In this document: piece after piece, positions 9,169 through 18,522 of the stretch
Layout: every line of letters starts with the position of its first letter
Numbering within the stretch: position 1 is the first letter of the stretch
NCBI GenBank assembly: GCA_046291245.1
Contig: JBKBTW010000003.1
Location: 1 to 41,594, forward strand
Direction: 5' to 3'
Source: Pseudobdellovibrio sp.
GTDB taxonomy: Bacteria; Bdellovibrionota; Bdellovibrionia; Bdellovibrionales; Bdellovibrionaceae
Length of the DNA stretch: 41,594 bases
Notes under the pieces: model-generated
Database searches by the model: none
Seen by the model: the letters and a program-made list of their open reading frames with translations, nothing else
Told to the model about the DNA's origin: nothing
Program-made: the position numbers and the translations under genes

Positions 9169-10848
9169 ATGTTTGAGTTACCCGCGCATTTAAAAAAATA
9201 TAAAGTTGATCAAGATTACTCACGCTACACTCCCGAAGATCAAGCGACTTGGAGATATATTTTACGCCAACTTAAAGATTTTTTATCTAAAAATGCTCAC
9301 TCTTGCTATATAGAGGGTTTGGAAAAAACTGGAATCTCTGAAGAGTCGATTCCTCGTATTGAAGAAATGAGTAACAAACTTGAAAAATTTGGATGGACCG
9401 CGATGCCTGTGAGCGGATTTATTCCGCCAGCTGCTTTTATGGAGTTGCAATCTCTTTCTATCCTACCCATAGCTTCAGATATGAGAAGCATTGACCATCT
9501 TTTATATACACCTGCACCAGACATTGTTCACGAGGCTGCTGGCCATGCTCCTATTTTAATAGATCCTGAATATGCAGCTTACTTGAAAGACTATGCACAA
9601 ATTGCAAAAAAGGCGATTATCAGCAAAGAAGATCTAGATCTTTATGAAGCTATCCGTGAACTATCAGATGTTAAAGAAAATCCTCTCTCCACTCAGGCAC
9701 AAATCCTCAAAGCTGAAACAACACTTCAAGACACCATAAAAGCCTCCACCCATGTTTCTGAGGCCACCGAGTTGTCCCGTATGAATTGGTGGACAGCCGA
9801 ATACGGTTTAATTGGGGATCTCAAATCACCTAAAATATTTGGAGCAGGATTACTTTCATCTATGGGCGAATCAAGATGGTGCCTCTCTGAAAAAGTTAAA
9901 AAAATACCTTTAACTGTTGATTGCATTAAGCAAACTTATGACATCACAGAGCCTCAACCTCAATTGTATGTTACCCCAGATTTCAAAACTTTAGTTAACG
10001 TTTTGCATGAGATGGCAAATCACATGGCCTATAAAGTTGGTGGCGAGGTTGGTTTAAATAAAGCCATTCAAGCACAATCTGTTAATACAGTTCAGCTAGA
10101 TTCAGGTTTACAAATCAGTGGTGTTCATACGGATTATTTGAAGAATCAAAATGGTAAAGCCATCTATTTAAAGTTTGCAGGCCCTACTCAAATCAGTTAT
10201 CAAGATCAACAAATTGAAGGGCACAGCACACACTATCATTCGCATGGTTACAGTTGTCCATTAGGTGAATACAAAGCCAGTGCGCCTCTTTCTTTGAATA
10301 CGGAAATCACACTTCAGTATGATTCAGGCGTGACTGTTAAAGGACTCTTGAGTCACATTTTAAATGTAACTCCTACAGCAAAAATTTTAACTTTTACACA
10401 AGCGGTTGTTACTTATAAAGACGAAATTTTATTTAAACCTGAGTGGGGTAATTATGATATCGCCGTGGGTGATCATGTCACTTCTGTATTTGGCGGTCCT
10501 GCAGATCGGCTAAAATATGGTGAAACTGATGATTTCGTAGCAGCACGTGTTCCTAAAGTGCAATATTCCGAACAACAAAAACAAATTTTTAATCTTTATC
10601 AAATGATCAGAGATTTCAGATCAGCAAATAAAAATGACACCGCAGAAATTATTCGTATATTTCAAAATTGCTTAAAGCTAGCTCCTCATCATTGGTTACT
10701 TTATGTTGAGATTTTAGAGCTTCTCGTTAAGCTTAAAGCTTCAGCAAAAGATATTGAGAACGTGCATTCCTATTTAAAACAATTGCAAGCCTCTCATGAA
10801 AATTTGACTTCTGTGATAGATGATGGTGTACGTCTAGCGTATGCGTAA
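9169..10848 (+). CDS. phhA: Phenylalanine 4-monooxygenase / aromatic amino acid hydroxylase, long form with C-terminal extension
   Basis: YTPAPDIVHEAAGHAP (two Fe His), WWTAEYGL (Fe Glu), GAGLLSSMGE, YDITEPQPQLYV. Confidence 0.92.
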   Translation: MFELPAHLKKYKVDQDYSRYTPEDQATWRYILRQLKDFLSKNAHSCYIEGLEKTGISEESIPRIEEMSNKLEKFGWTAMPVSGFIPPAAFMELQSLSILPIASDMRSIDHLLYTPAPDIVHEAAGHAPILIDPEYAAYLKDYAQIAKKAIISKEDLDLYEAIRELSDVKENPLSTQAQILKAETTLQDTIKASTHVSEATELSRMNWWTAEYGLIGDLKSPKIFGAGLLSSMGESRWCLSEKVKKIPLTVDCIKQTYDITEPQPQLYVTPDFKTLVNVLHEMANHMAYKVGGEVGLNKAIQAQSVNTVQLDSGLQISGVHTDYLKNQNGKAIYLKFAGPTQISYQDQQIEGHSTHYHSHGYSCPLGEYKASAPLSLNTEITLQYDSGVTVKGLLSHILNVTPTAKILTFTQAVVTYKDEILFKPEWGNYDIAVGDHVTSVFGGPADRLKYGETDDFVAARVPKVQYSEQQKQIFNLYQMIRDFRSANKNDTAEIIRIFQNCLKLAPHHWLLYVEILELLVKLKASAKDIENVHSYLKQLQASHENLTSVIDDGVRLAYA

Positions 10849-11650
10849 TATAGAAGTTAGAATTGTTTTAGTCAGATCACTTTACGAAAGAAATATCGGG
10901 GCTACTTCACGGGCTATGGCCAATATGGGAATTCATCAGCTTATTCTCATTGGCCCACAGTGCGAGTTAACCTATGAGGCCCAACAAGCAGCAGCAACAG
11001 GTCAACATGGCTTACAAAATCGTATCGTCTATAAAGACTGGCAAGATTTCTATGCGCATGAAAAAACTCAATTAATGATTGCAACGACTGCTCGTGATGG
11101 TCGTGGTCGCCAAGTTCAAGATTTAGAAACAACACTAAAATATGTTCTTGAAACCAACTCAGAAATTAAAAAACAATCGGATGATTCATTCATTATACAT
11201 TTAGTGTTTGGACCAGAAGATTGGGGGCTTAGCGCTGATGATATTCAGTATGCAAATTTTTGCTGCTCTATTCCGACCTATGGAGACAACACAAGTTTAA
11301 ACTTAGCTCAAGCCACTTTGCTAGCTATGTTTATTTTACGTTCAGTTCTAGGTGGCACAAAGGCTCGTCTTGATGGCCAACAAAAACCAAAAGCTTTACA
11401 AAAAAAGATGGAGAATGTTTTTCCAGAAAACACATTAAAAGCTTGGCTTGTCGCTATGGGTTTTGATTTATCTAAAAAGAAAATCAATGTGTACACGGTA
11501 TTACGCCGTATGCTTTTGCAAAATACACCGTCAGCTAAAGAGTTTAATATTCTTGAGATCGTACTTCAGCAAAGTATTCGTAAATTAGAAAAACTCAATG
11601 AATTAGAACAAGAAAAAAAATCCCAACCTCAGAATTCACAGAGTGTTTAA
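10841..11650 (+). CDS. trmJ: SPOUT RNA methyltransferase, TrmJ/LasT family
   Basis: NIGATSRAMANMG, LVFGPEDWGL, SLNLAQA. Confidence 0.85.
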   Translation: MRNIEVRIVLVRSLYERNIGATSRAMANMGIHQLILIGPQCELTYEAQQAAATGQHGLQNRIVYKDWQDFYAHEKTQLMIATTARDGRGRQVQDLETTLKYVLETNSEIKKQSDDSFIIHLVFGPEDWGLSADDIQYANFCCSIPTYGDNTSLNLAQATLLAMFILRSVLGGTKARLDGQQKPKALQKKMENVFPENTLKAWLVAMGFDLSKKKINVYTVLRRMLLQNTPSAKEFNILEIVLQQSIRKLEKLNELEQEKKSQPQNSQSV

Positions 11651-11658
11651 AATATTTT

Positions 11659-12075
11659 TTAAACAGAATGATTTGTGTATTCTCTTAATTTTTTAAGTTT
11701 TATATCAATATTGAGAAGATCTTCTGATAACCTTTGGCCTTCATTATGCAAACTATCAATTTTCATTTGAATGTCTTCAGTATCAGATCCAACAAGAACA
11801 AGATTCTCAATGACTAAAGCTGACTCATCTAATTGTTTTTTTATCTCTTCAATCCGTTTATGATGATTCTGCCTTTGTTGACTTAAATCTTTCAGCTGAT
11901 CTTCTATAAAATCCAAAGTTGAACTCAAAGGATTTTGCTGTTTGACCTCTCTAAGAGCTTTATTCGAAGAATGCTCACGTTCTTCTTCAAATCCTTCTAT
12001 AAGTAGTGACCATTCAGCTTTTAAGGTGTTTTTTACATTACTGTTACTATCGCTCGGACTATCTTCATCGCTCAT
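11659..12075 (-). CDS. Hypothetical coiled-coil protein
   Basis: 138-aa heptad-rich acidic ORF preceded by TGnTATAAT 6 nt upstream of the ATG. Confidence 0.75.
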   Translation of the reverse strand: MSDEDSPSDSNSNVKNTLKAEWSLLIEGFEEEREHSSNKALREVKQQNPLSSTLDFIEDQLKDLSQQRQNHHKRIEEIKKQLDESALVIENLVLVGSDTEDIQMKIDSLHNEGQRLSEDLLNIDIKLKKLREYTNHSV

Positions 12076-12169
12076 TGAATTATTATAACATGACTTAACA
12101 CTTAGAAAACTGGACTATAGTCTGAAATAGCTTATAATGAATTAAACCGAGTTATTAACGATGTGCTTC

Positions 12170-13285
12170 ATGAAATTGTTTATTCTTTTACAACTAGTTA
12201 GTTCTTTAGTCAGTGCTAAATCACCATTGCCAGATATTAGCTTTTCAAAAACTAAATCTGCATCAAATACCTCTATAGTTATTTCTTTTAATGGCGATAT
12301 TTTAATTCATGATGAACTTTACAAATCAGTTATGAAAGATCCAGCACATGACTTTAGTAAAATATGGAAAAAAACTTTTCCTCTATTTGAAAAAGCAGAC
12401 TTTTCTTATGCAAATCTTGAAGGGCCTACAGCTTTAGGAATTGATAAATTTCGTAAAAATAAAGGTGATGTTGGATTCAAATACGATAAAATTGTTTATA
12501 GTGGGACAGATTTTTTATTTAATTTTCATCCAAAAATTATAGATGATATTAAAAAATCGGGAATTGATATCGTTTCATTGGCTAATAACCACAGCTATGA
12601 CCGTGGATCTAGAGGTATTGATGTCACTATTGATCAAATGTTAAAACGAGATTTCCCTTTTATAGGTGTAAGAAAAGCAGCTTCTAAAGAACCGGTCTAC
12701 ACATTGACTCAAATTAAAAATTTTAATGTTGCTTGGATTGCTTGTACTGAAGCTTTAAATGGGTTCAAAGACAAAAATTATCAGCTTCTTTTTTGCAATG
12801 AACAAAAAGAAGAGATTATTGCCTTAATAAAACAACTGAGAACTCATGACGACATTGATTTTATTCTTATCACACCTCATTGGGGAATAGAATATGACGA
12901 CACCCCTTCAATACTCCAAAAAAATCTTGCTCGTAAATTCTTAGAAGCTGGAGCTTTAGCCGTGGTAGGTTCACACCCCCACGTGCTTCAGCCTGTAGAA
13001 AAATATATCACAAAAGATAAGCGAGAAACTTTTATCGCGTACTCTTTAGGTAATTTTGTGGCTCACCAAAAAAATATTGAAAGAAAAGCTTCTGCTACAA
13101 TATATCTAGAGTTTACAAAAACACTCAATTCAGACCATACGAACAACTCAAAACCGATTGTCACAATAACTCATTATAACTATGAACCCACGACTCGGTA
13201 TAAAACAGAAGTATTTCCAGCAAATCACCTACCAGAAGTCATAAAACATGTAGAAAAATATTTAGGTAAGTTTTCTAGTCAATAA
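12170..13285 (+). CDS. CapA/PGA_cap family exported metallophosphoesterase
   Basis: GDILIH, NLEGP, SLANNHSYDRG, HWGIEY, GSHPHVLQ, YSLGNF; signal peptide from ATG 12170. Confidence 0.92.
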   Translation: MKLFILLQLVSSLVSAKSPLPDISFSKTKSASNTSIVISFNGDILIHDELYKSVMKDPAHDFSKIWKKTFPLFEKADFSYANLEGPTALGIDKFRKNKGDVGFKYDKIVYSGTDFLFNFHPKIIDDIKKSGIDIVSLANNHSYDRGSRGIDVTIDQMLKRDFPFIGVRKAASKEPVYTLTQIKNFNVAWIACTEALNGFKDKNYQLLFCNEQKEEIIALIKQLRTHDDIDFILITPHWGIEYDDTPSILQKNLARKFLEAGALAVVGSHPHVLQPVEKYITKDKRETFIAYSLGNFVAHQKNIERKASATIYLEFTKTLNSDHTNNSKPIVTITHYNYEPTTRYKTEVFPANHLPEVIKHVEKYLGKFSSQ

Positions 13286-13317
13286 TATATTTTATCTGTT
13301 CATTTATCTTCGACTAT

Positions 13318-14463
13318 TTATTTTAAAATTTTGCCTGTTGTGTAAAAATCTACGCCAAATAGCTTGTATTTTATATTTTTTAAAATCAATTTATCAGATA
13401 ATTTTTGAGTTGCGATTTTCTCACTCCAAGATAAACCATTCCCAGAGCCAATAATAACTGGAGCTGTAAACACATGTATTCGATCAACCAATCCAGCTTT
13501 AATAAAAGTTGAATAAGTAAAAGCTCCGCCTTCTATAAAAATAGATTTAATATTTCTGCACCAAAGCTTATCTGTTAAATTTTGCAAATCAGAAAAAATT
13601 TCGAAGTTATATTTATTTTCATCAAAAAAATTATAGTCTTGTTTTGCACTTTCATTAATGGCAAAAATTATTTTTTCTTTAGAATGAACCTTTAGAAATT
13701 TGTATTCTTTCTTATCTTGAATAATTGATTTTAAAATTTTCCCTTGAGGATCTATGATAATCAAATAATTATCTTTTGCTATTTTTGGATGTCTAACATC
13801 CAACGATGGATCGTCAGCTTCTATCGTGCCTCTTCCTACTAAAACAGCATCATACCATGATCTTAACTCATGAACATACTCACGTGATGACTCTGATGTG
13901 ATCCACTTGCTTTCGCCAGATTTCAAAGCAATTTGTCCATCCAATGATTGAGCTACTTTCGCAGCTATGAATAATTTTTTTTCACGGTAATTTTTTAGAA
14001 AAATTTCAGCAAGATCTTCCAAATCTGATTTAAGTGCTCCTTGATACTCCGAACACGCAACTCCAGCATCTCGAATAATCTGAGCACCTTGTCCTGCGAC
14101 TAAAGGATTTGGGTCAGTTAGTCCATACACTACAGATCTTAACTTCATTTTAGCTAAAGACTTTGCACAAGATGGTGTTTTACCTTCATGCGCACACGGC
14201 TCTAAAGTTACAAAAAACTGAGAGTTCTCGAGTTCTGCTTCTGTCAACTTACGAAAAGCTTCTACCTCAGCATGAGGTGCTCCATAGCGTGTATGATAGC
14301 CACTTGCTAAAAATCGATCAGCTTTATCTAAAACAACACATCCAACAAGTGGATTAGGTGAAACATACGGCGCTCCTTTATAAGCTTCAGCTATAGCTAA
14401 ACTCATAGCTTGCTCATGCGTAAGTTTATCTCCCTTTTGTAGATTCATAGGTTCAAACGTCAT
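13318..14463 (-). CDS. ribD: Riboflavin biosynthesis deaminase/reductase
   Basis: PNPLVGCV, HAE, TLEPCAHEGKTPSC, AQSLDGQIA, IEGGA. Start placed at ATG 14463, just after the hmgA stop. Confidence 0.96.
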   Translation of the reverse strand: MTFEPMNLQKGDKLTHEQAMSLAIAEAYKGAPYVSPNPLVGCVVLDKADRFLASGYHTRYGAPHAEVEAFRKLTEAELENSQFFVTLEPCAHEGKTPSCAKSLAKMKLRSVVYGLTDPNPLVAGQGAQIIRDAGVACSEYQGALKSDLEDLAEIFLKNYREKKLFIAAKVAQSLDGQIALKSGESKWITSESSREYVHELRSWYDAVLVGRGTIEADDPSLDVRHPKIAKDNYLIIIDPQGKILKSIIQDKKEYKFLKVHSKEKIIFAINESAKQDYNFFDENKYNFEIFSDLQNLTDKLWCRNIKSIFIEGGAFTYSTFIKAGLVDRIHVFTAPVIIGSGNGLSWSEKIATQKLSDKLILKNIKYKLFGVDFYTTGKILK

Positions 14464-14470
14464 ATTCAAA

Positions 14471-15595
14471 TTATTTCGACATCCAAGATTTCCAGTAAGA
14501 ATGAACCTCTGTTTTCTCGATGAAACCATCCACTATTAAAGGCTTAGCTGTATCAATCATAACCGCAACCTCATCTGTAAATGTTTTTGTCCCTTGTGCA
14601 GCAAACGCTTTTGGATGCGGTCCATGCGGGAATCCAGCTGGATGAAATGACATCATATTAGAATGTAAATTATCACGGCTAAAAAAGTTTCCGGCATGAT
14701 AAAACAAGACTTCATCGTAATCGATATTTTGATGATAAAAAGGAACTTTTAAAGCATCTTCATCCGTTTCAATAAGTCTTGGTAAAAAAGTACACACTAC
14801 GAAACTATTCGTAGCAAATGTTGTATGCGCAGAAGGTGGCAAATGTACACGATGAGACATCATCGGCATCATATCATCTATATGAAGGGTAAATGGAAAG
14901 TAATCACCTTTCCAAGATACTGTATCATACACACAATCCTCATATGTGAATTTCGTAATTGTTCCAAATCTACGAACATTAATAACTAAAGATTCTAAGT
15001 TATTTTCTTTTTTGTATTTATACAAAGCCTCTAGATCTGGCTTTCCAAGCGCCGCTAAATCATAAAATGCATTACGGCCGACCATGCCTCGATCTGGCTC
15101 ACGATACATTCCCGAAGCTGACTCAATAATCAAAAATTGTGTTGGTTCATTAAAAACCATCGTATGCTGTATAGCTTTAGGTAAATAGATATAACTACCT
15201 GTTTTAAATTTTAACAATCCATACTCAGTCAATACAGAACCAGAACCAGTGTGCACAAAGTACAAAGTTTCACCTTCTAGATTGCGAACTGTTGTTAACT
15301 GATTCACTGCGGTACTCGATAACTCAGTTTTCTGGTTCCACTGCGAATAAATGGCCACATCAGAGTTGTAAAGCATTCTATGCCAAACACCATTCTCATA
15401 CTGAGCTGGAACAAGATCATACAAATGGGGCTTTAAAGGCCCTTCTATATTAACCCATCTTGTAGGTGGTTTATCTTTTAGTAAATGCGATACAGGCCCA
15501 AAAAAACCTTTACGACCTTGCTCTTCTTCATAAAGACCTTTAGAAATTCCTTTATGGCCCTGAGTATGATTTTTACCTTGTGAATATTGATGCAT
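14471..15595 (-). CDS. hmgA: Homogentisate 1,2-dioxygenase
   Basis: LYEEEQGRKGFFG, HLPPSAHTTF, PFYHQNIDYDEVLFY, HGPHP, EVAVMIDT; adjacent to hppD. Confidence 0.95.
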   Translation of the reverse strand: MHQYSQGKNHTQGHKGISKGLYEEEQGRKGFFGPVSHLLKDKPPTRWVNIEGPLKPHLYDLVPAQYENGVWHRMLYNSDVAIYSQWNQKTELSSTAVNQLTTVRNLEGETLYFVHTGSGSVLTEYGLLKFKTGSYIYLPKAIQHTMVFNEPTQFLIIESASGMYREPDRGMVGRNAFYDLAALGKPDLEALYKYKKENNLESLVINVRRFGTITKFTYEDCVYDTVSWKGDYFPFTLHIDDMMPMMSHRVHLPPSAHTTFATNSFVVCTFLPRLIETDEDALKVPFYHQNIDYDEVLFYHAGNFFSRDNLHSNMMSFHPAGFPHGPHPKAFAAQGTKTFTDEVAVMIDTAKPLIVDGFIEKTEVHSYWKSWMSK

Positions 15596-15598
15596 AAA

Positions 15599-16696
15599 TT
15601 ATAAATATCCTCTCGCTTTTTGATCTGCTTCGATAGCATCAAATAAAGCTTGGAAGTTACCATTACCAAACCCATCATGGCCTTTACGTTGAATCACTTC
15701 AAAAAATACAGGTCCAATAACATTTTTAGTAAAGATTTGTAATAAATAACCATCATGATCTCCATCAACTAAAATTGCATTTTTCTCTAGACGATTTAAA
15801 TCCTCTGTAACTTGAGGTAAACGATCCTTGAGTTGACCATAATATGTAGTAGGTGGCGGATTTAAAAATTCCATTTCGTTCTTACGCATATTTTCTAACG
15901 TAGGAACAATATCATCCGTAATCATAGCTATATGTTGAATACCAGAACCTTTATACTCGTCTAAATACTCTTGAATTTGTGATTTTGAGTCAGAAGGCTC
16001 ATTAATTGGTACAGAAAATAAAGAGCATGGCGAGCGCATAACTTTTGAAATCAATCCCGTTGATTTACCTTTGATATCAAAATATCTCGCTTCACGAAAA
16101 TTAAAAACTTTTTCATAGAAATCACACCACTTTTGCATTTCACCTACTGGTACATTGTTTGTAAAGTGATCTACAATTTTCATTCCTAAACCATATGGTC
16201 TAATATTATCATTATCCGCTAATCCAAAAATATTTTTATACAAATGATCATGGTTTTTTTTATCGACAAAATAAATTAAAGAATCACCAATACCATAAAT
16301 TGCCAAAAATGGTGTTGCTCCGCGAGAAGCCTCATTGCCATCATAAGGCTTTGCTCCGCGAGCTACAGCGGCTTCGAAAGCTTTTGTTGCATCTTCTACT
16401 CTAAACCCTGTCGCGGAAACAGAAGGTCCATGTGCTTTAGAAAACTGTGAAGCAAATGTATTTGGCTCAGTATTTAAAATAAAGTTCATATCACCTTGGC
16501 GGTCAAGCTTAATATTTTTTTCCTTGATTGAAGCAACTTCAGTAAACCCCATTTTAGCAAAAAGCTTTTCAAAATGTGCCGCATCTGATCCAGAGTATTC
16601 TAAGAAATCAACGCCATATAAACCTATAGGATTTTGCTCAGTCATTTTAGCTTTATCCCAATTAATATTTACAGATGTAGGAGCAAAATTCGCCAT
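15599..16696 (-). CDS. hppD: 4-hydroxyphenylpyruvate dioxygenase
   Basis: DHFTNNV, SQIQEYL, GIQHIA, LLQIFT, FFEVIQRKG...GFGNGNFQALF. Confidence 0.97.
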   Translation of the reverse strand: MANFAPTSVNINWDKAKMTEQNPIGLYGVDFLEYSGSDAAHFEKLFAKMGFTEVASIKEKNIKLDRQGDMNFILNTEPNTFASQFSKAHGPSVSATGFRVEDATKAFEAAVARGAKPYDGNEASRGATPFLAIYGIGDSLIYFVDKKNHDHLYKNIFGLADNDNIRPYGLGMKIVDHFTNNVPVGEMQKWCDFYEKVFNFREARYFDIKGKSTGLISKVMRSPCSLFSVPINEPSDSKSQIQEYLDEYKGSGIQHIAMITDDIVPTLENMRKNEMEFLNPPPTTYYGQLKDRLPQVTEDLNRLEKNAILVDGDHDGYLLQIFTKNVIGPVFFEVIQRKGHDGFGNGNFQALFDAIEADQKARGYL

Positions 16697-16752
16697 ACAA
16701 ACCTCACTTGTTTTATATATACTTAACTAGTATCAAGAATGAGCAATGAGGG

Positions 16753-18015
16753 TCAAAGATTTTGATAGAACTTTTGCACTAAAGGATCAACAATAAATGA
16801 TCGTGGATTCCAACGGACTATGTGTAGTCCTGAAGCCTCTCTCAAACGCGATAAAGCAACGTAGGCCTGACCAGGCTCCCACAAGGCACTTAAATCACAC
16901 CATAATTCATCTAATGTTGCTCCTTGCGATTTATGAATCGTTGTCGCATAGGCCAAATTAATTGGAAATTGTATGACGCTTGCTCTCACATTTCCATCTG
17001 CATCAAGCAACGAAAAGGTCATTTTTTCAACACTAACTTCGCGTCCATGATCTTTTTTTACAACAAGCTGTTGATCTACAAAATCCACAACTGTACCGCG
17101 TGTACCATTAACCCATCTTTTTTGCGGATCATTTTGCAAAAACATCACTCGGCAACCAATTTTAACTCTTAGTTTTTCTGGAACTGGCGATGATTTTTTA
17201 AGCGTTGTTACAAACTTTTCATCGCCAAAATAAATAGAGTCAAATTCTAACTCTTTACTTTCAATTTCACTTAATTTTTTATGATTGTAATTCTCCGATT
17301 GCTCTCGACGAGGAAACAATCGAGTTCCAGATTTTGTTTCATCATGCGGTTTTGTGTGACGATTTAAAAACTCCGCGACTTTTTGATTCATATTCCCATG
17401 ACGTATCTCTGAAAGCACATCCAAAAATAAACTATCTTGAACTCTTTGATTGTGTTTTAGCTGACAAATTTGAAACCCTGTTTGCTCCCACGCTGCATTC
17501 AAAAAACACCAGTCCCGTTTTTGATTGTTACGTGTAATGGGTGGCAATTGATTAAAATCTCCCACAGCTAAGATACGCATTCCACCCCAAGGTAAATTCG
17601 ATCCTCTTGCCTTTTGGGCGATCGCTTCTGCTATCATAAAAGCTTCGCCGGATATCATAGATATCTCATCTATGATGCAACCCTCAACTTTTGATAATCT
17701 ATTTAACACTTTAGTGTCTTTAATAACGCGTTGATAAGTAGCATCAGCACCACCTTCCATAATCCCTAATCCAAAAAAACTATGAAATGTTCTACCGCCT
17801 AGCAAAACTGCCGCAGCTCCCGTACTGGCCAATGTAGGCATATCTTTTGGACTTAAGTCTTTTGTTAACTCCTTAACAACGTAAGACTTACCACTTCCAG
17901 CCCCTCCAGTTAAAAAAACATTCTCGCCAGATTGCAACATTTCTAAAGCAAATTGTTGCTCTTCAGATAGTCCAGATAATGTGCTGTTTTGGTGTATTTT
18001 GTCTGTGATTTTCAC
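16753..18015 (-). CDS. Pif1-family (SF1B) 5'-3' DNA helicase
   Basis: GGAGSGKS, GRTFHSF, IIDEISM, GDFNQLPP, RVMFLQN...VNGTRG, QFPINLAYATTIHKSQG, GQAYVALSR. Confidence 0.93.
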   Translation of the reverse strand: MKITDKIHQNSTLSGLSEEQQFALEMLQSGENVFLTGGAGSGKSYVVKELTKDLSPKDMPTLASTGAAAVLLGGRTFHSFFGLGIMEGGADATYQRVIKDTKVLNRLSKVEGCIIDEISMISGEAFMIAEAIAQKARGSNLPWGGMRILAVGDFNQLPPITRNNQKRDWCFLNAAWEQTGFQICQLKHNQRVQDSLFLDVLSEIRHGNMNQKVAEFLNRHTKPHDETKSGTRLFPRREQSENYNHKKLSEIESKELEFDSIYFGDEKFVTTLKKSSPVPEKLRVKIGCRVMFLQNDPQKRWVNGTRGTVVDFVDQQLVVKKDHGREVSVEKMTFSLLDADGNVRASVIQFPINLAYATTIHKSQGATLDELWCDLSALWEPGQAYVALSRLREASGLHIVRWNPRSFIVDPLVQKFYQNL

Positions 18016-18114
18016 AACAGCTATACTAACCGTGTTATGACTTCAGTCAAAAGATACATCTGGATTTTGATTATTGTTGCTGCATGTCTGACAAAAGTTT
18101 ATATTGAATGACTT

Positions 18115-18474
18115 ATGTCATACGAATTTAAAAGCAAATTTGCCAATCCACATTTTGAAGCTGTCTTTGACGTGACTCCACAAGAAGTAAAAGATTTTGC
18201 TTCGGAATTGACCTTAATTGACGTCCGCCAACCTGAAGAGTACACAGGCGAACTTGGCCATATTGCTGGAAGCCAACTTATAGTTTTGAATGAACTTCCT
18301 GATCAACTTAACACCATCCCAAAAGATAAACCTATTGTATTCATTTGCAGATCTGGCATGCGATCGGCTCAAGCATGTCAATATGCACATTCAAAAGGTT
18401 TTTCTCAAACCTTTAACATGTTAGGCGGAATGCTGGCTTGGAACCAACTCGCATTTCCCACAATAAACAACTAA
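18115..18474 (+). CDS. Single-domain rhodanese / sulfurtransferase
   Basis: IDVRQPEEY, GHIAGS, active loop CRSGMRS, GGMLAW. Confidence 0.93.
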   Translation: MSYEFKSKFANPHFEAVFDVTPQEVKDFASELTLIDVRQPEEYTGELGHIAGSQLIVLNELPDQLNTIPKDKPIVFICRSGMRSAQACQYAHSKGFSQTFNMLGGMLAWNQLAFPTINN

Positions 18475-18522
18475 ACAAAAATTAAATTCTCTACATTATA
18501 GAAATTTTAAAAGAAAGATCTT

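Noticed and set aside
14464-14529. Extended N-termini in the ORF track (ribD here; also xth, liuD, BCCP, FIST, 34747 and 41302 starts)
   Set aside because: They overlap neighbouring genes or promoters; downstream ATGs fit family N-termini better.
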